Notes under the pieces: generated by a model | Database searches by the model: none | Told to the model about the DNA's origin: nothing | The model's input: the letters and a program-made list of their open reading frames with translations, nothing else | Shown here: positions 35,876 to 44,464 of the stretch, piece by piece | How positions within the stretch are numbered: the stretch's first letter is position 1 | Layout: every line of letters starts with the position of its first letter | Position numbers and translations under genes: made by a program | Origin: a virus | Reading direction: 5' to 3' (one strand) | DNA length: 64,000 nucleotides | IMG/VR virus record: IMGVR_UViG_3300037312_000927

Positions 35876-37789
35876 TTATAGGTTACCTTCACTGACATAA
35901 GTCCCTGGAGTCCCAGCTGCAGTGCACCTCCAGCCTTTAGGAGACCCTATTGCAGGGACTGATTGTATAATACGATCCCCTACCGCACTAATTCTATTAG
36001 TAGGTGTAGTATTTCCATACTGTATGATAATAGCGCCTGTTCCTGGATCGTTTTCTATTCTACCATTAAATAAATTACTCTCGTCCGCTATAGTACCTGC
36101 ATTTCCCCCAGCACTCCCGGAAAATATAATAGACCAGTTATTAAGAGTAGAGTTCAAATCGTTAGCAGACAATCGTGCATTAGGGCAGTTACTTAAAAAT
36201 AAGACAATACCGGTAGATTCCCCATGATTTCCTATAAACCTTAAGCCATTAATTTGCGTAAGCGTGTAAGCTGCGTTTGATAAGCTACCAAACACTGTAT
36301 TTCCCGCCATACGGACGTGGTTAATTGAGCCTGATCCACTCGGTGTTACTAAAAATCCCCCGGCACTATTATTGCAAGTTAAGGTGTTACCTGAAATATC
36401 CGAATGGGAGTAGTTACCATCTAATGCCATGTATTTTACTGCCATAAAGTTCGGGTTGTAATGTGTTACATTATTCCCTATAAATTTAACAGCATCTACA
36501 TTTTGCAAAATAACTGCTTCACCACGGATGTTTTCTGTACTAGTTGAGCGTAGGTTATTGTTACTGATAGTAATATTTCTATTAGAAGCTGATGCCCATA
36601 ATGCAGGTCCTCGTGTTGCATCAACGTGATTTCCAGTTACAACGATCTCCACCTCTGAACCGGTCACGAATTGAGGGGCGCAGACCTGTACTGCAATGCC
36701 TGCCATGGCAAGGATATCAAAGTTAGTAGTACTTCTACAGCAATTATAAACGTTATTATTACTTACAATGGTACCGCCACCAGCTTGGACATAAATACCT
36801 GCCCCAGAAGAGCCGTTTATAGAACTTCCTAGAATATCGTATATTACATTGTTACTGATTATGGTCCGTAGGTCATACGCAGGAGTAGTTGATAGGGCTG
36901 TATATACCACAACCCCATAAGCCAGATGCTGCCCTACAAAGTTGGCATTTATAAGGTTACCAGTAGGAGTACTGTTAGTATAAGGATCATAGACCATAAT
37001 TCCATGATCACCGCCGCCATAGCAATGATTTCCCTCAGCAGAGTTATAGTTACTATTTTGATAGAACATAATATCTGCAGAATCTTGGATAGATCCCAAC
37101 CATCCACTAAAACGGCAGTCTCTTACAGTACAGTACGATGAGCCGTTCAGAAGTACCCCTGCCCAGGACATCCCTATAAACTCCACGTTGAGAACTTTGC
37201 ATTTAGTAGAATTATATATATTTATACCACCGGTATATGCGATAGTTCCTGGGGTTTCACTGTAAATAAATAAATCTTTAAAAATTACCCCATCTTGCTG
37301 GCTAACTAAAAATCCTGATTTATTCAATCCTGCCAGTTTTATGACAGTCCCACGACCGTCACCGGTAATAGTTGTGTGTCCTGAGACGCTTATTTCCGTT
37401 GTTATTTTGTAAGAAGATGGCGTAGATGGAAAATATACATTTTTCCCAGCCCCAGAGCTGACTGCAGATTGGATACTAGAAGTATCATCTGTAACCCCAT
37501 CCCCGACTGCTCCGAACCACTGTACATTTAATGCGCCATTATATTGACGTTTCCAACGTTTACCATTCGTAGAAACAACAACAGTCCCTCCGTTATCTGC
37601 AGAGACCGTGTCGGAATCATCCCTTATAAAAGAACCTGAGACACCGGCGTTAGTAAGGGTTACTGAAGTTTGTGTTCCAGAGTACACTCTTAGTGCAGAA
37701 TAATCTGTCAAACGTATGGCATTTAAAATGCCCTCCACAGTGTCACTACCGTGGGACACCATATAACTTTTTTCTCTTGTTAGTGACAT
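35876..37789 (-). CDS. tailspike/depolymerase 2 (beta-helix)
   Basis: GKRWKRQY..LNVQWFGAVGDGVTDDT. Confidence 0.85.
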   Translation of the reverse strand: MSLTREKSYMVSHGSDTVEGILNAIRLTDYSALRVYSGTQTSVTLTNAGVSGSFIRDDSDTVSADNGGTVVVSTNGKRWKRQYNGALNVQWFGAVGDGVTDDTSSIQSAVSSGAGKNVYFPSTPSSYKITTEISVSGHTTITGDGRGTVIKLAGLNKSGFLVSQQDGVIFKDLFIYSETPGTIAYTGGINIYNSTKCKVLNVEFIGMSWAGVLLNGSSYCTVRDCRFSGWLGSIQDSADIMFYQNSNYNSAEGNHCYGGGDHGIMVYDPYTNSTPTGNLINANFVGQHLAYGVVVYTALSTTPAYDLRTIISNNVIYDILGSSINGSSGAGIYVQAGGGTIVSNNNVYNCCRSTTNFDILAMAGIAVQVCAPQFVTGSEVEIVVTGNHVDATRGPALWASASNRNITISNNNLRSTSTENIRGEAVILQNVDAVKFIGNNVTHYNPNFMAVKYMALDGNYSHSDISGNTLTCNNSAGGFLVTPSGSGSINHVRMAGNTVFGSLSNAAYTLTQINGLRFIGNHGESTGIVLFLSNCPNARLSANDLNSTLNNWSIIFSGSAGGNAGTIADESNLFNGRIENDPGTGAIIIQYGNTTPTNRISAVGDRIIQSVPAIGSPKGWRCTAAGTPGTYVSEGNL

Positions 37790-37870
37790 ATTAAATTATC
37801 TTTACAGAAAAGAGGCCTAAAGAGCCTCTAGTATTTTAGACGTTGAGAGGTGTTTAACCCCTCAACTTAA

Positions 37871-40800
37871 TCAAGGCATCTGATAACTGCCAGACGCGTA
37901 AACTGTAAATGCTCCCGTTGGAATTATCAGCTGTGAAGAAGTACCCGTATTAGTATAATATCCCCGGATTGCCCCTAGGCTATTAACCACAAGAGCGGGG
38001 TTTATCAGACCGAAATGGCCACCGGTTGTACTTGAGCCGCTTACCATTAAATCTACCATCGTCTCTGCGTTATTCGTGGAAGACGTAACAGTAGTCGGGA
38101 GTGAAACTTGAATCATACCCGTCCCGGTATGACCAGCACTGACGTCAAGTCTTATTTTAAAGAAAACTGTTTTACCCACTCTTCTATAACGACCATATTG
38201 AAGAGTATATGTCCCAGTGCCATTAGTGGATGAGCCTGTTACAACTGGGTTATAGCTAGTTTCAGTAGAATCGGACTCTTCGGATTGAAACGCACTAGTA
38301 AGATTATTTAGATTACATCTATAAAACTTATTAGTCGAAGGTGTTAATGTATGTGCTGATTCCTTCTGAATAGCCACTAACGTCTTACCGCTTGGTGATG
38401 TAAAATCAACCCCATCAAATGTAACTTTATTTGATGTCCCAGTATTGAAATCTACGGCGTTTGATGCACCGGCAGAACCGGTCCCACAATCTACAAATGC
38501 CCCTCTAAGGATATTAAAGTCATCCACGCTATATATGGACATACCATTACCCTCAGTGGATCCACACCGTATAAAACGATCGTTAAAAATCGTTACATTT
38601 ACGGTTTTCATATATCCGACCGAAGCCCCATACCCTACATCCGTCCAGGTATTATCACTTAGGTCTATACGTTTCCCGCAATATATATTGAAAGGTCTGC
38701 CGGTACTAGACTTAACTTTGTTGCCACTTACTATAACGTCGTTATCGAGGTCCGTAGTTGAGGAACTAACGTTGAAGTCATAAAAGAAAAATGCTCCAGT
38801 ACCAACATATCCTGTAGAGGAGTTATTTTCTATAGTGATATTCGTAGGTTTTGCAGTTACTGCAGCTGGCTGGTAGAACGAAATTTCTCCAGAGCTACCC
38901 CCATTATTATTAAAAGTGTTGTCTCTGATTCTAACGTTTTGGATAACGTGAAATGTGTTTGAATCAGGTTCGAAATCAATAGGACCTGGCATCGTGGATT
39001 TAGAACAGTTGCTGAAATCACAGGCTTCAATAGTAATCCCGTTAATGTCTATTAGACTAATGGCATTTCTATTTTCACGGGTGATACCATCAAATCTGCA
39101 ACGCTTTACGTATACATTCTGATTATGTCTTTCGTCCGTACCCGAGAATCCCGACCCTATATACAAGCCATCTCCACGGAACCCTTTAAAAAGCACATTT
39201 TCGATTAAGACATTGGAGACGCCATTAATAGCTACCAAATGTTTAAATTCTGAAAACCCATCTACATCAGTAGTTGCTCTGAGTTGAAAATTTTTAAGAG
39301 TTATATTTGTAATATTATTAGATATATTACTAGAACCACTATCACAAATAAATCCGTAATTCGCAGTATTAGGCATTTGTATGAGCGTGGTATCCCCATC
39401 ACCAAATATTTCAGTGTTAGACTTCAAGGATACTGAGCTAATAAGGTAAGTGCCTGCTGGTACGTATATCTTTCTAGAAGCAGCAATGGCTCTATTAAAC
39501 ATGGCAGTACTGTCAGTATCGGTGCTTACATAAAAGTAATTTACATTAGCTATACCGTTATACTGGCGTTTCCAACGTTTGCCGTTAGTGGATACGATGA
39601 TAGTACCCCCGTCGTCTACGGAAGTAATATCGGAGTCATCTCTAGTGAAGCTGCCCGAAATGCCTATATTACTAACGTATACAGACGTTCTAGGGCCTAC
39701 GTAATTCCTCAAAGCAGTATAATCTGCAAGTTGCAATGCATTTAACGAATCGGCAACAGTCTCAGTACCATTAGTTACTAGGCTAGCATCAGTGACACCA
39801 ACGGCCGCCGTGGATCTAGACAATACCTCGATAGCGCTCCCTGAAGGAGGGGCTTCACTGAATGTTAAAGTTCTACCGACGATGCTATATGTAGCCTTTT
39901 GCTGATAAGAAGCGTTGATATACACATCGGTAACCATAACTCCGACAGGAGCTTTAGCTAGAGTGAATACCGTCTTAGTACCATCTCCGGTAAAATCGTC
40001 CAAATTCACCGTATTTCTATCCGCACGAATTTGATCTAAAACTGCTTTAACGTTGGTGGGTGTAGTACCATCGTTAGGATTATAAATAGTCGTGGCAGCA
40101 TCCCCTGAACTAAATGGGATTTCATATTTAATGGTGACTTCTATTACAACCCCAGATATAGGGGCTTGGTCAAAAGTGAGAGTAGTACCTGTCGCAGTAT
40201 AAGATGCTTTTTGCTGATATACACCATCGAAATGGACGCTTACAACGGAATTTCCACTCACCGAAACCGGCAATGTATACGATGTCGTAGTACCGTCACC
40301 TACGAAAGTGGCTGCATATTGTGTCGCACGTCTATCTAGCTCTTCCTTTACGGTAGTCTGTGTAGAGCTACCCGCAGGGGTGTAGTTAACCCCCATAGAA
40401 TCCATAGTAGATAATGGAAGTTCTTTACGGATAACTACTTCTATAAGGGTATTATTAAGAGGGGCTTCCCCGAAAGTCAGAACTGTGCCATACGCCGTGT
40501 AGGAGTCTTTTTGTTGATAGGCACCATCAATATATACATCCAAACTATTGGAGGTAGAAACTGCCGTCGGGAGTACAAAGGTAGTAGCAGAGCCAGTCCC
40601 AGAATATCTGGCCACAGTAGCCGTACCACGTTCCTTTTTGAAGGTATCTAATGCGTCCTTTACATTTGAAACAATGAGACCATCGTCCGACAGATATTGT
40701 GTAGTAGCCGCATCAGAGGTACCGATAGGAAGGGCGTAGTTAACCGTTACCTCGATGCTTGCGCCAATACTCGGAGTTGAGTTAAGTGTCAAGCTCGTAC

Positions 40801-41740
40801 CACTAAGGGTGTACGTGGATTTTTCTTGGTACACAGAATTGATATGTACCTGTACCATGTTAGCGTTAGGTACAGCAAAAGGTAAGAGAAAGGTAGAGGC
40901 TGAACCGTCACCAGTGTATTTGTATACGCTTACAGTATTGCGCTGATCTAATGCGTCTTTGACACTTGCTACACTAGATCCATCTATCGGGGTGTAGCTG
41001 ATGAGGGATGCATCAGTGCTACCAAGCGGGGCAATCGCATCGAGGATAACCTCTATATTATCTGTACCAGATGGTGGAGCCTCACTGAAAGTCAACAGAT
41101 TATCGACGACAGTATACGAACTCTTAAGTTGGTATAGAGAATCGATATGGACGTCCACTGCATTACCGAAAGCAGGCACCGGCAAGCTGAAAGTGGTCGT
41201 ACTCCCATTACCAGAGAATTTGCGAACGAGACGGGTCAGTCGAGAATCCAGTACGTACTCGACAGTCGTGTTGGCAGTGCCATCGGAAGGTGTGTAGATG
41301 GTGGTAGCAGCGTTACCTGAACCTAGAGGTAGAACCGTCCTAATCTGCACTTCAATGTTATCTGTCCCCGCAGGCGGGGCTTCACCGAATGTCAGACTAG
41401 TGCCGTCTATGGTGTAAGATGATTTCAGTTGATAGGCCGAATCAATATGGACTTCCACAGCACTCGGCCCAGGAGCGGAGGTAGGCAGTGTGAATGTTGT
41501 GTTAGAACCATCACCTGAGAATGTAGTTACAGTGATACTACCTGCACCAATGCCTAAACCTTTAGAATCTACATACCTTTTGGTTGCGGCCTCCATGTCC
41601 TCGGCGGGATCACGGCTCAGCAGGACAGGGCCTTGAAAAGTATCCCCTGCTCTATTAACTGGTACATAACCCAACGCCCCAGTGAGATCTTCCGGTAAAA
41701 TCGAAGTTTCTGCATCTGGTGGTAAACCGTAGTAGCTCAT
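37871..41740 (-). CDS. scaffold tailspike with six N-terminal ~100-aa repeats and a C-terminal beta-helix
   Basis: Six (F/Y)xGxG..TF.L...V.I...YQ.K..Y...G..LTF..AP.....IEV repeats, then the GKRWKRQY head and a beta-helix. Confidence 0.88.
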   Translation of the reverse strand: MSYYGLPPDAETSILPEDLTGALGYVPVNRAGDTFQGPVLLSRDPAEDMEAATKRYVDSKGLGIGAGSITVTTFSGDGSNTTFTLPTSAPGPSAVEVHIDSAYQLKSSYTIDGTSLTFGEAPPAGTDNIEVQIRTVLPLGSGNAATTIYTPSDGTANTTVEYVLDSRLTRLVRKFSGNGSTTTFSLPVPAFGNAVDVHIDSLYQLKSSYTVVDNLLTFSEAPPSGTDNIEVILDAIAPLGSTDASLISYTPIDGSSVASVKDALDQRNTVSVYKYTGDGSASTFLLPFAVPNANMVQVHINSVYQEKSTYTLSGTSLTLNSTPSIGASIEVTVNYALPIGTSDAATTQYLSDDGLIVSNVKDALDTFKKERGTATVARYSGTGSATTFVLPTAVSTSNSLDVYIDGAYQQKDSYTAYGTVLTFGEAPLNNTLIEVVIRKELPLSTMDSMGVNYTPAGSSTQTTVKEELDRRATQYAATFVGDGTTTSYTLPVSVSGNSVVSVHFDGVYQQKASYTATGTTLTFDQAPISGVVIEVTIKYEIPFSSGDAATTIYNPNDGTTPTNVKAVLDQIRADRNTVNLDDFTGDGTKTVFTLAKAPVGVMVTDVYINASYQQKATYSIVGRTLTFSEAPPSGSAIEVLSRSTAAVGVTDASLVTNGTETVADSLNALQLADYTALRNYVGPRTSVYVSNIGISGSFTRDDSDITSVDDGGTIIVSTNGKRWKRQYNGIANVNYFYVSTDTDSTAMFNRAIAASRKIYVPAGTYLISSVSLKSNTEIFGDGDTTLIQMPNTANYGFICDSGSSNISNNITNITLKNFQLRATTDVDGFSEFKHLVAINGVSNVLIENVLFKGFRGDGLYIGSGFSGTDERHNQNVYVKRCRFDGITRENRNAISLIDINGITIEACDFSNCSKSTMPGPIDFEPDSNTFHVIQNVRIRDNTFNNNGGSSGEISFYQPAAVTAKPTNITIENNSSTGYVGTGAFFFYDFNVSSSTTDLDNDVIVSGNKVKSSTGRPFNIYCGKRIDLSDNTWTDVGYGASVGYMKTVNVTIFNDRFIRCGSTEGNGMSIYSVDDFNILRGAFVDCGTGSAGASNAVDFNTGTSNKVTFDGVDFTSPSGKTLVAIQKESAHTLTPSTNKFYRCNLNNLTSAFQSEESDSTETSYNPVVTGSSTNGTGTYTLQYGRYRRVGKTVFFKIRLDVSAGHTGTGMIQVSLPTTVTSSTNNAETMVDLMVSGSSTTGGHFGLINPALVVNSLGAIRGYYTNTGTSSQLIIPTGAFTVYASGSYQMP

Positions 41741-41801
41741 GAAATAAATCCGTTAAAAAAATTTGTTGAAAAGATTAGATATTTTGTCTAGTTATTCGTA
41801 T

Positions 41802-42128
41802 TTATGGAGTGGGTTCCTCGTAGCCATAAACTCTAGCTGCTACGTTTGGTATGTTCGATTTAACAAAAACATGTTCTCCTGCCCCTATAACCAGGCCGGT
41901 TCTCTCCAAAACCCCGCCTTGCATAGGTAGCACCGCGTCGAACTCAATGAAGTCTTGAGGATCCGGAAATGATGCAGTTGTAATTGCAACCCTAACTTTT
42001 GCATCTGTAGTAGAGCTCATATTCACAACGTTTAAGTTGGCTGCGGCAACATTACCATCCGATACGGTATATAGGACCACATATGTATCCTGAGGCAGAG
42101 CCGCTTTTCCTAATAATCCGCCAGCCAT
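41802..42128 (-). CDS. small virion structural protein
   Basis: Beta-rich, 108 aa, in the tail operon. Confidence 0.65.
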   Translation of the reverse strand: MAGGLLGKAALPQDTYVVLYTVSDGNVAAANLNVVNMSSTTDAKVRVAITTASFPDPQDFIEFDAVLPMQGGVLERTGLVIGAGEHVFVKSNIPNVAARVYGYEEPTP

Positions 42129-42499
42129 TATAAATTCCCCATAAAGTAAATATATCCTCTTCTAGTTCTTTGCAGCATATCCGTTTTAAGAGCAAATCTA
42201 GAATCACTCTCATCCTTTGTATAAGTATTCTTGGGAGTAGCCAGGATTAACTTAGTTTTAGAAACCATATAAACTATGTCCCCACTTACACAAGGAGATT
42301 TCAATGTTACAGTAATACCGTTAGATGCTATAAAAGCAGAATCCGGTAAATGATCACCATTAATATAAATATCAATAGACCCGACAGAGTAGGTGAACGT
42401 AAAAAGAGTTTGACCATCTGCTGCCGTGAATTGAGCACGGGTCTCTTGAGATTGCCTTTGGGTTGGACTACGTCCGAAATACTCCATTGAAGTTGGCAT
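42128..42499 (-). CDS. virion protein with one copy of the scaffold-type repeat
   Basis: FTAADGQTLF...IDIYING...F.ASNG..VTL. Confidence 0.65.
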   Translation of the reverse strand: MPTSMEYFGRSPTQRQSQETRAQFTAADGQTLFTFTYSVGSIDIYINGDHLPDSAFIASNGITVTLKSPCVSGDIVYMVSKTKLILATPKNTYTKDESDSRFALKTDMLQRTRRGYIYFMGNL

Positions 42500-42500
42500 A

Positions 42501-42827
42501 TCAGGTTCTCTCTAAAACATCTATTTGTGCTTGGATCATATTATCATTGTCAGATGTTACGTAGATATACTCACCTGGAAATAATACTATTTTCGGGCAC
42601 TTACTGCTGCCGCCATATGGTATAGGGATTTCCTTGAATACTGGAATATAGTTATTCGAGGTATTCAGAATCTCCAATGTTACATTATGATCTGATTTAT
42701 TCGTAGAATCTACGTTTGCAAAAGTCCCTGAAAAAACAATGGATGTTGTGCCAATGGGGACTGGTCCGTAAAGCTGAGTTCTGGTCGATAGCGCTGATAC
42801 GTCAGCTCGTTTAAAGTTAGATGCCAT
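42501..42827 (-). CDS. small virion structural protein
   Basis: Beta-rich, 108 aa; similar size and pattern to 41802..42128. Confidence 0.65.
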   Translation of the reverse strand: MASNFKRADVSALSTRTQLYGPVPIGTTSIVFSGTFANVDSTNKSDHNVTLEILNTSNNYIPVFKEIPIPYGGSSKCPKIVLFPGEYIYVTSDNDNMIQAQIDVLERT

Positions 42828-42835
42828 GTGTTATA

Positions 42836-43606
42836 TTAATTAGCAAATAGAAGGGAATAGATCAGTGCGTCATCCCCCTGGTTAGAATCTTTGAGATAAC
42901 TCATAGTGCTTACGTAAACTTCGAATTGATCTCCTACGGCCGGGACTATGCTGAGAGAGGTAGCCCATGCAACGAGCCCAGTCGAAGACCCTATGATATC
43001 TCTACAAATTCCAGCATTCACTCCAGTAGTAAACTGGAGGATATATTTACCAGAAGTGGCATTTGTAAGTAGTCCCCCGATCTGAGAAGACGTAAGATTA
43101 TTCGGGGTTGAGGAATCTATTGTCCCAGTTAACACTACAATTCCGTGGGTACTGAATCTCCAACTATAGTCACTGGATCTCACTGCTATTACCGGATTAC
43201 CGTTAGCATCCCCTGAATGGCACACATAAGCAGTAGCATTTGAGTTTGAAGGCGCGTCTAATTGATCCACTGAGTCCAAGTCACCCATGAGATCCACGAC
43301 TTTTTCAAAGTCATCTAGAGTCTCTTGCGTAACTCTGTTCTCGGCTCTAGAACCCTCTCTGAATGTCTGAGGGTCTGTGCCTTCTCTACCCCTAATACAC
43401 CCTGTGAACATGTTATTGACTCTGCCATGAACTTCTACCACTTCGATTCTATTGGCGGTTTCTAGGGTAATTAGGAAGAATTCACCTTCTACCGGGGTCG
43501 GGAACTTGGATCCATCCACTACACTGATAGTAGTATCGTAGGGGCTAATAGCTGCTGCTAACGTTGTCTTAGCGTTATTGGCGTATAGTCGTCTTGAGAG
43601 AGTCAT
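42836..43606 (-). CDS. tail/baseplate-associated structural protein
   Basis: NNAKTTLAAAI...I.V.DGSKFP...EVVEV...RGREGT pattern. Confidence 0.65.
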   Translation of the reverse strand: MTLSRRLYANNAKTTLAAAISPYDTTISVVDGSKFPTPVEGEFFLITLETANRIEVVEVHGRVNNMFTGCIRGREGTDPQTFREGSRAENRVTQETLDDFEKVVDLMGDLDSVDQLDAPSNSNATAYVCHSGDANGNPVIAVRSSDYSWRFSTHGIVVLTGTIDSSTPNNLTSSQIGGLLTNATSGKYILQFTTGVNAGICRDIIGSSTGLVAWATSLSIVPAVGDQFEVYVSTMSYLKDSNQGDDALIYSLLFAN

Positions 43607-43613
43607 GGTTGAA

Positions 43614-43976
43614 TCAAGGTATATTTATAATTTGGGTACTTGAAGACTGATTAGACATAGAAAAACTTAAGAAAGTTAGAGTATTTGTTATGTTTCTAAT
43701 TACGTCTGTTATATCACTGTCGAGGTCTAAGAGTATTTTAGCCTGATAGGATTTTACATATTTGTTCCCAAACATAGGTATTGCGATGCCTGTAAAAGTT
43801 TGCAGCCTCTGGTATTCATCGAGACTACAAACTCCTATATACCCCCCGAGATAGACATCTCCCGTATTCTCATATATGAAGACGTCTTTAGGCAGGGTGC
43901 CATCTGTTATTTCAGCGGTAAGTTCTATTTTACCGTCATTAGTTATCTGTGTTGTGACTGAAAGTGAGCTAGCCAT
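43614..43976 (-). CDS. hypothetical structural protein
   Basis: Coupled ORF in the baseplate operon. Confidence 0.65.
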   Translation of the reverse strand: MASSLSVTTQITNDGKIELTAEITDGTLPKDVFIYENTGDVYLGGYIGVCSLDEYQRLQTFTGIAIPMFGNKYVKSYQAKILLDLDSDITDVIRNITNTLTFLSFSMSNQSSSTQIINIP

Positions 43977-44464
43977 TACGACACCTTAATAGTCCACTCG
44001 AAGTGGAGACTGAATTCACTGGTTTTATCGATTCCTGGAAAGCATTTGATATTAAACATGCTTCCACTAGAAGTAAATAACCCGGCTTCTGTAATTTTCT
44101 GTCCGTTACCCATGCCTTGGTCTAGATCCGTAATGAAAACAACACTAGGGATACTATTATTAAGTTGATAATATGTAGGTACCGTCATCAACTCACTGTA
44201 TAGACCTGTTAAATTCTGATTGACTACCTTAGGGAATAGTCCCTTAGGATCAACCGTTCCTCCAGTACCGACTCTAAAGCTGGTGATAGGATCCCAGGAT
44301 CCAGAAGAGGCGTATAACATTGATAGTAGCCTCTGCTTACTCACCAGCATAATCATATTCTTTTCATGGAATATTGTCTCTTTGGAACCATCGGCATAAA
44401 TTTTCTCTGCCAGCAGATCCCCTCTCAATTCCATTTGAGCTTTAGAATTTAATGCTAATTCCAT
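43976..44464 (-). CDS. baseplate/tail-fibre attachment protein
   Basis: ITSFRVGTGG...ITEAGLF...F..IDKT...EW pattern. Confidence 0.6.
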   Translation of the reverse strand: MELALNSKAQMELRGDLLAEKIYADGSKETIFHEKNMIMLVSKQRLLSMLYASSGSWDPITSFRVGTGGTVDPKGLFPKVVNQNLTGLYSELMTVPTYYQLNNSIPSVVFITDLDQGMGNGQKITEAGLFTSSGSMFNIKCFPGIDKTSEFSLHFEWTIKVS

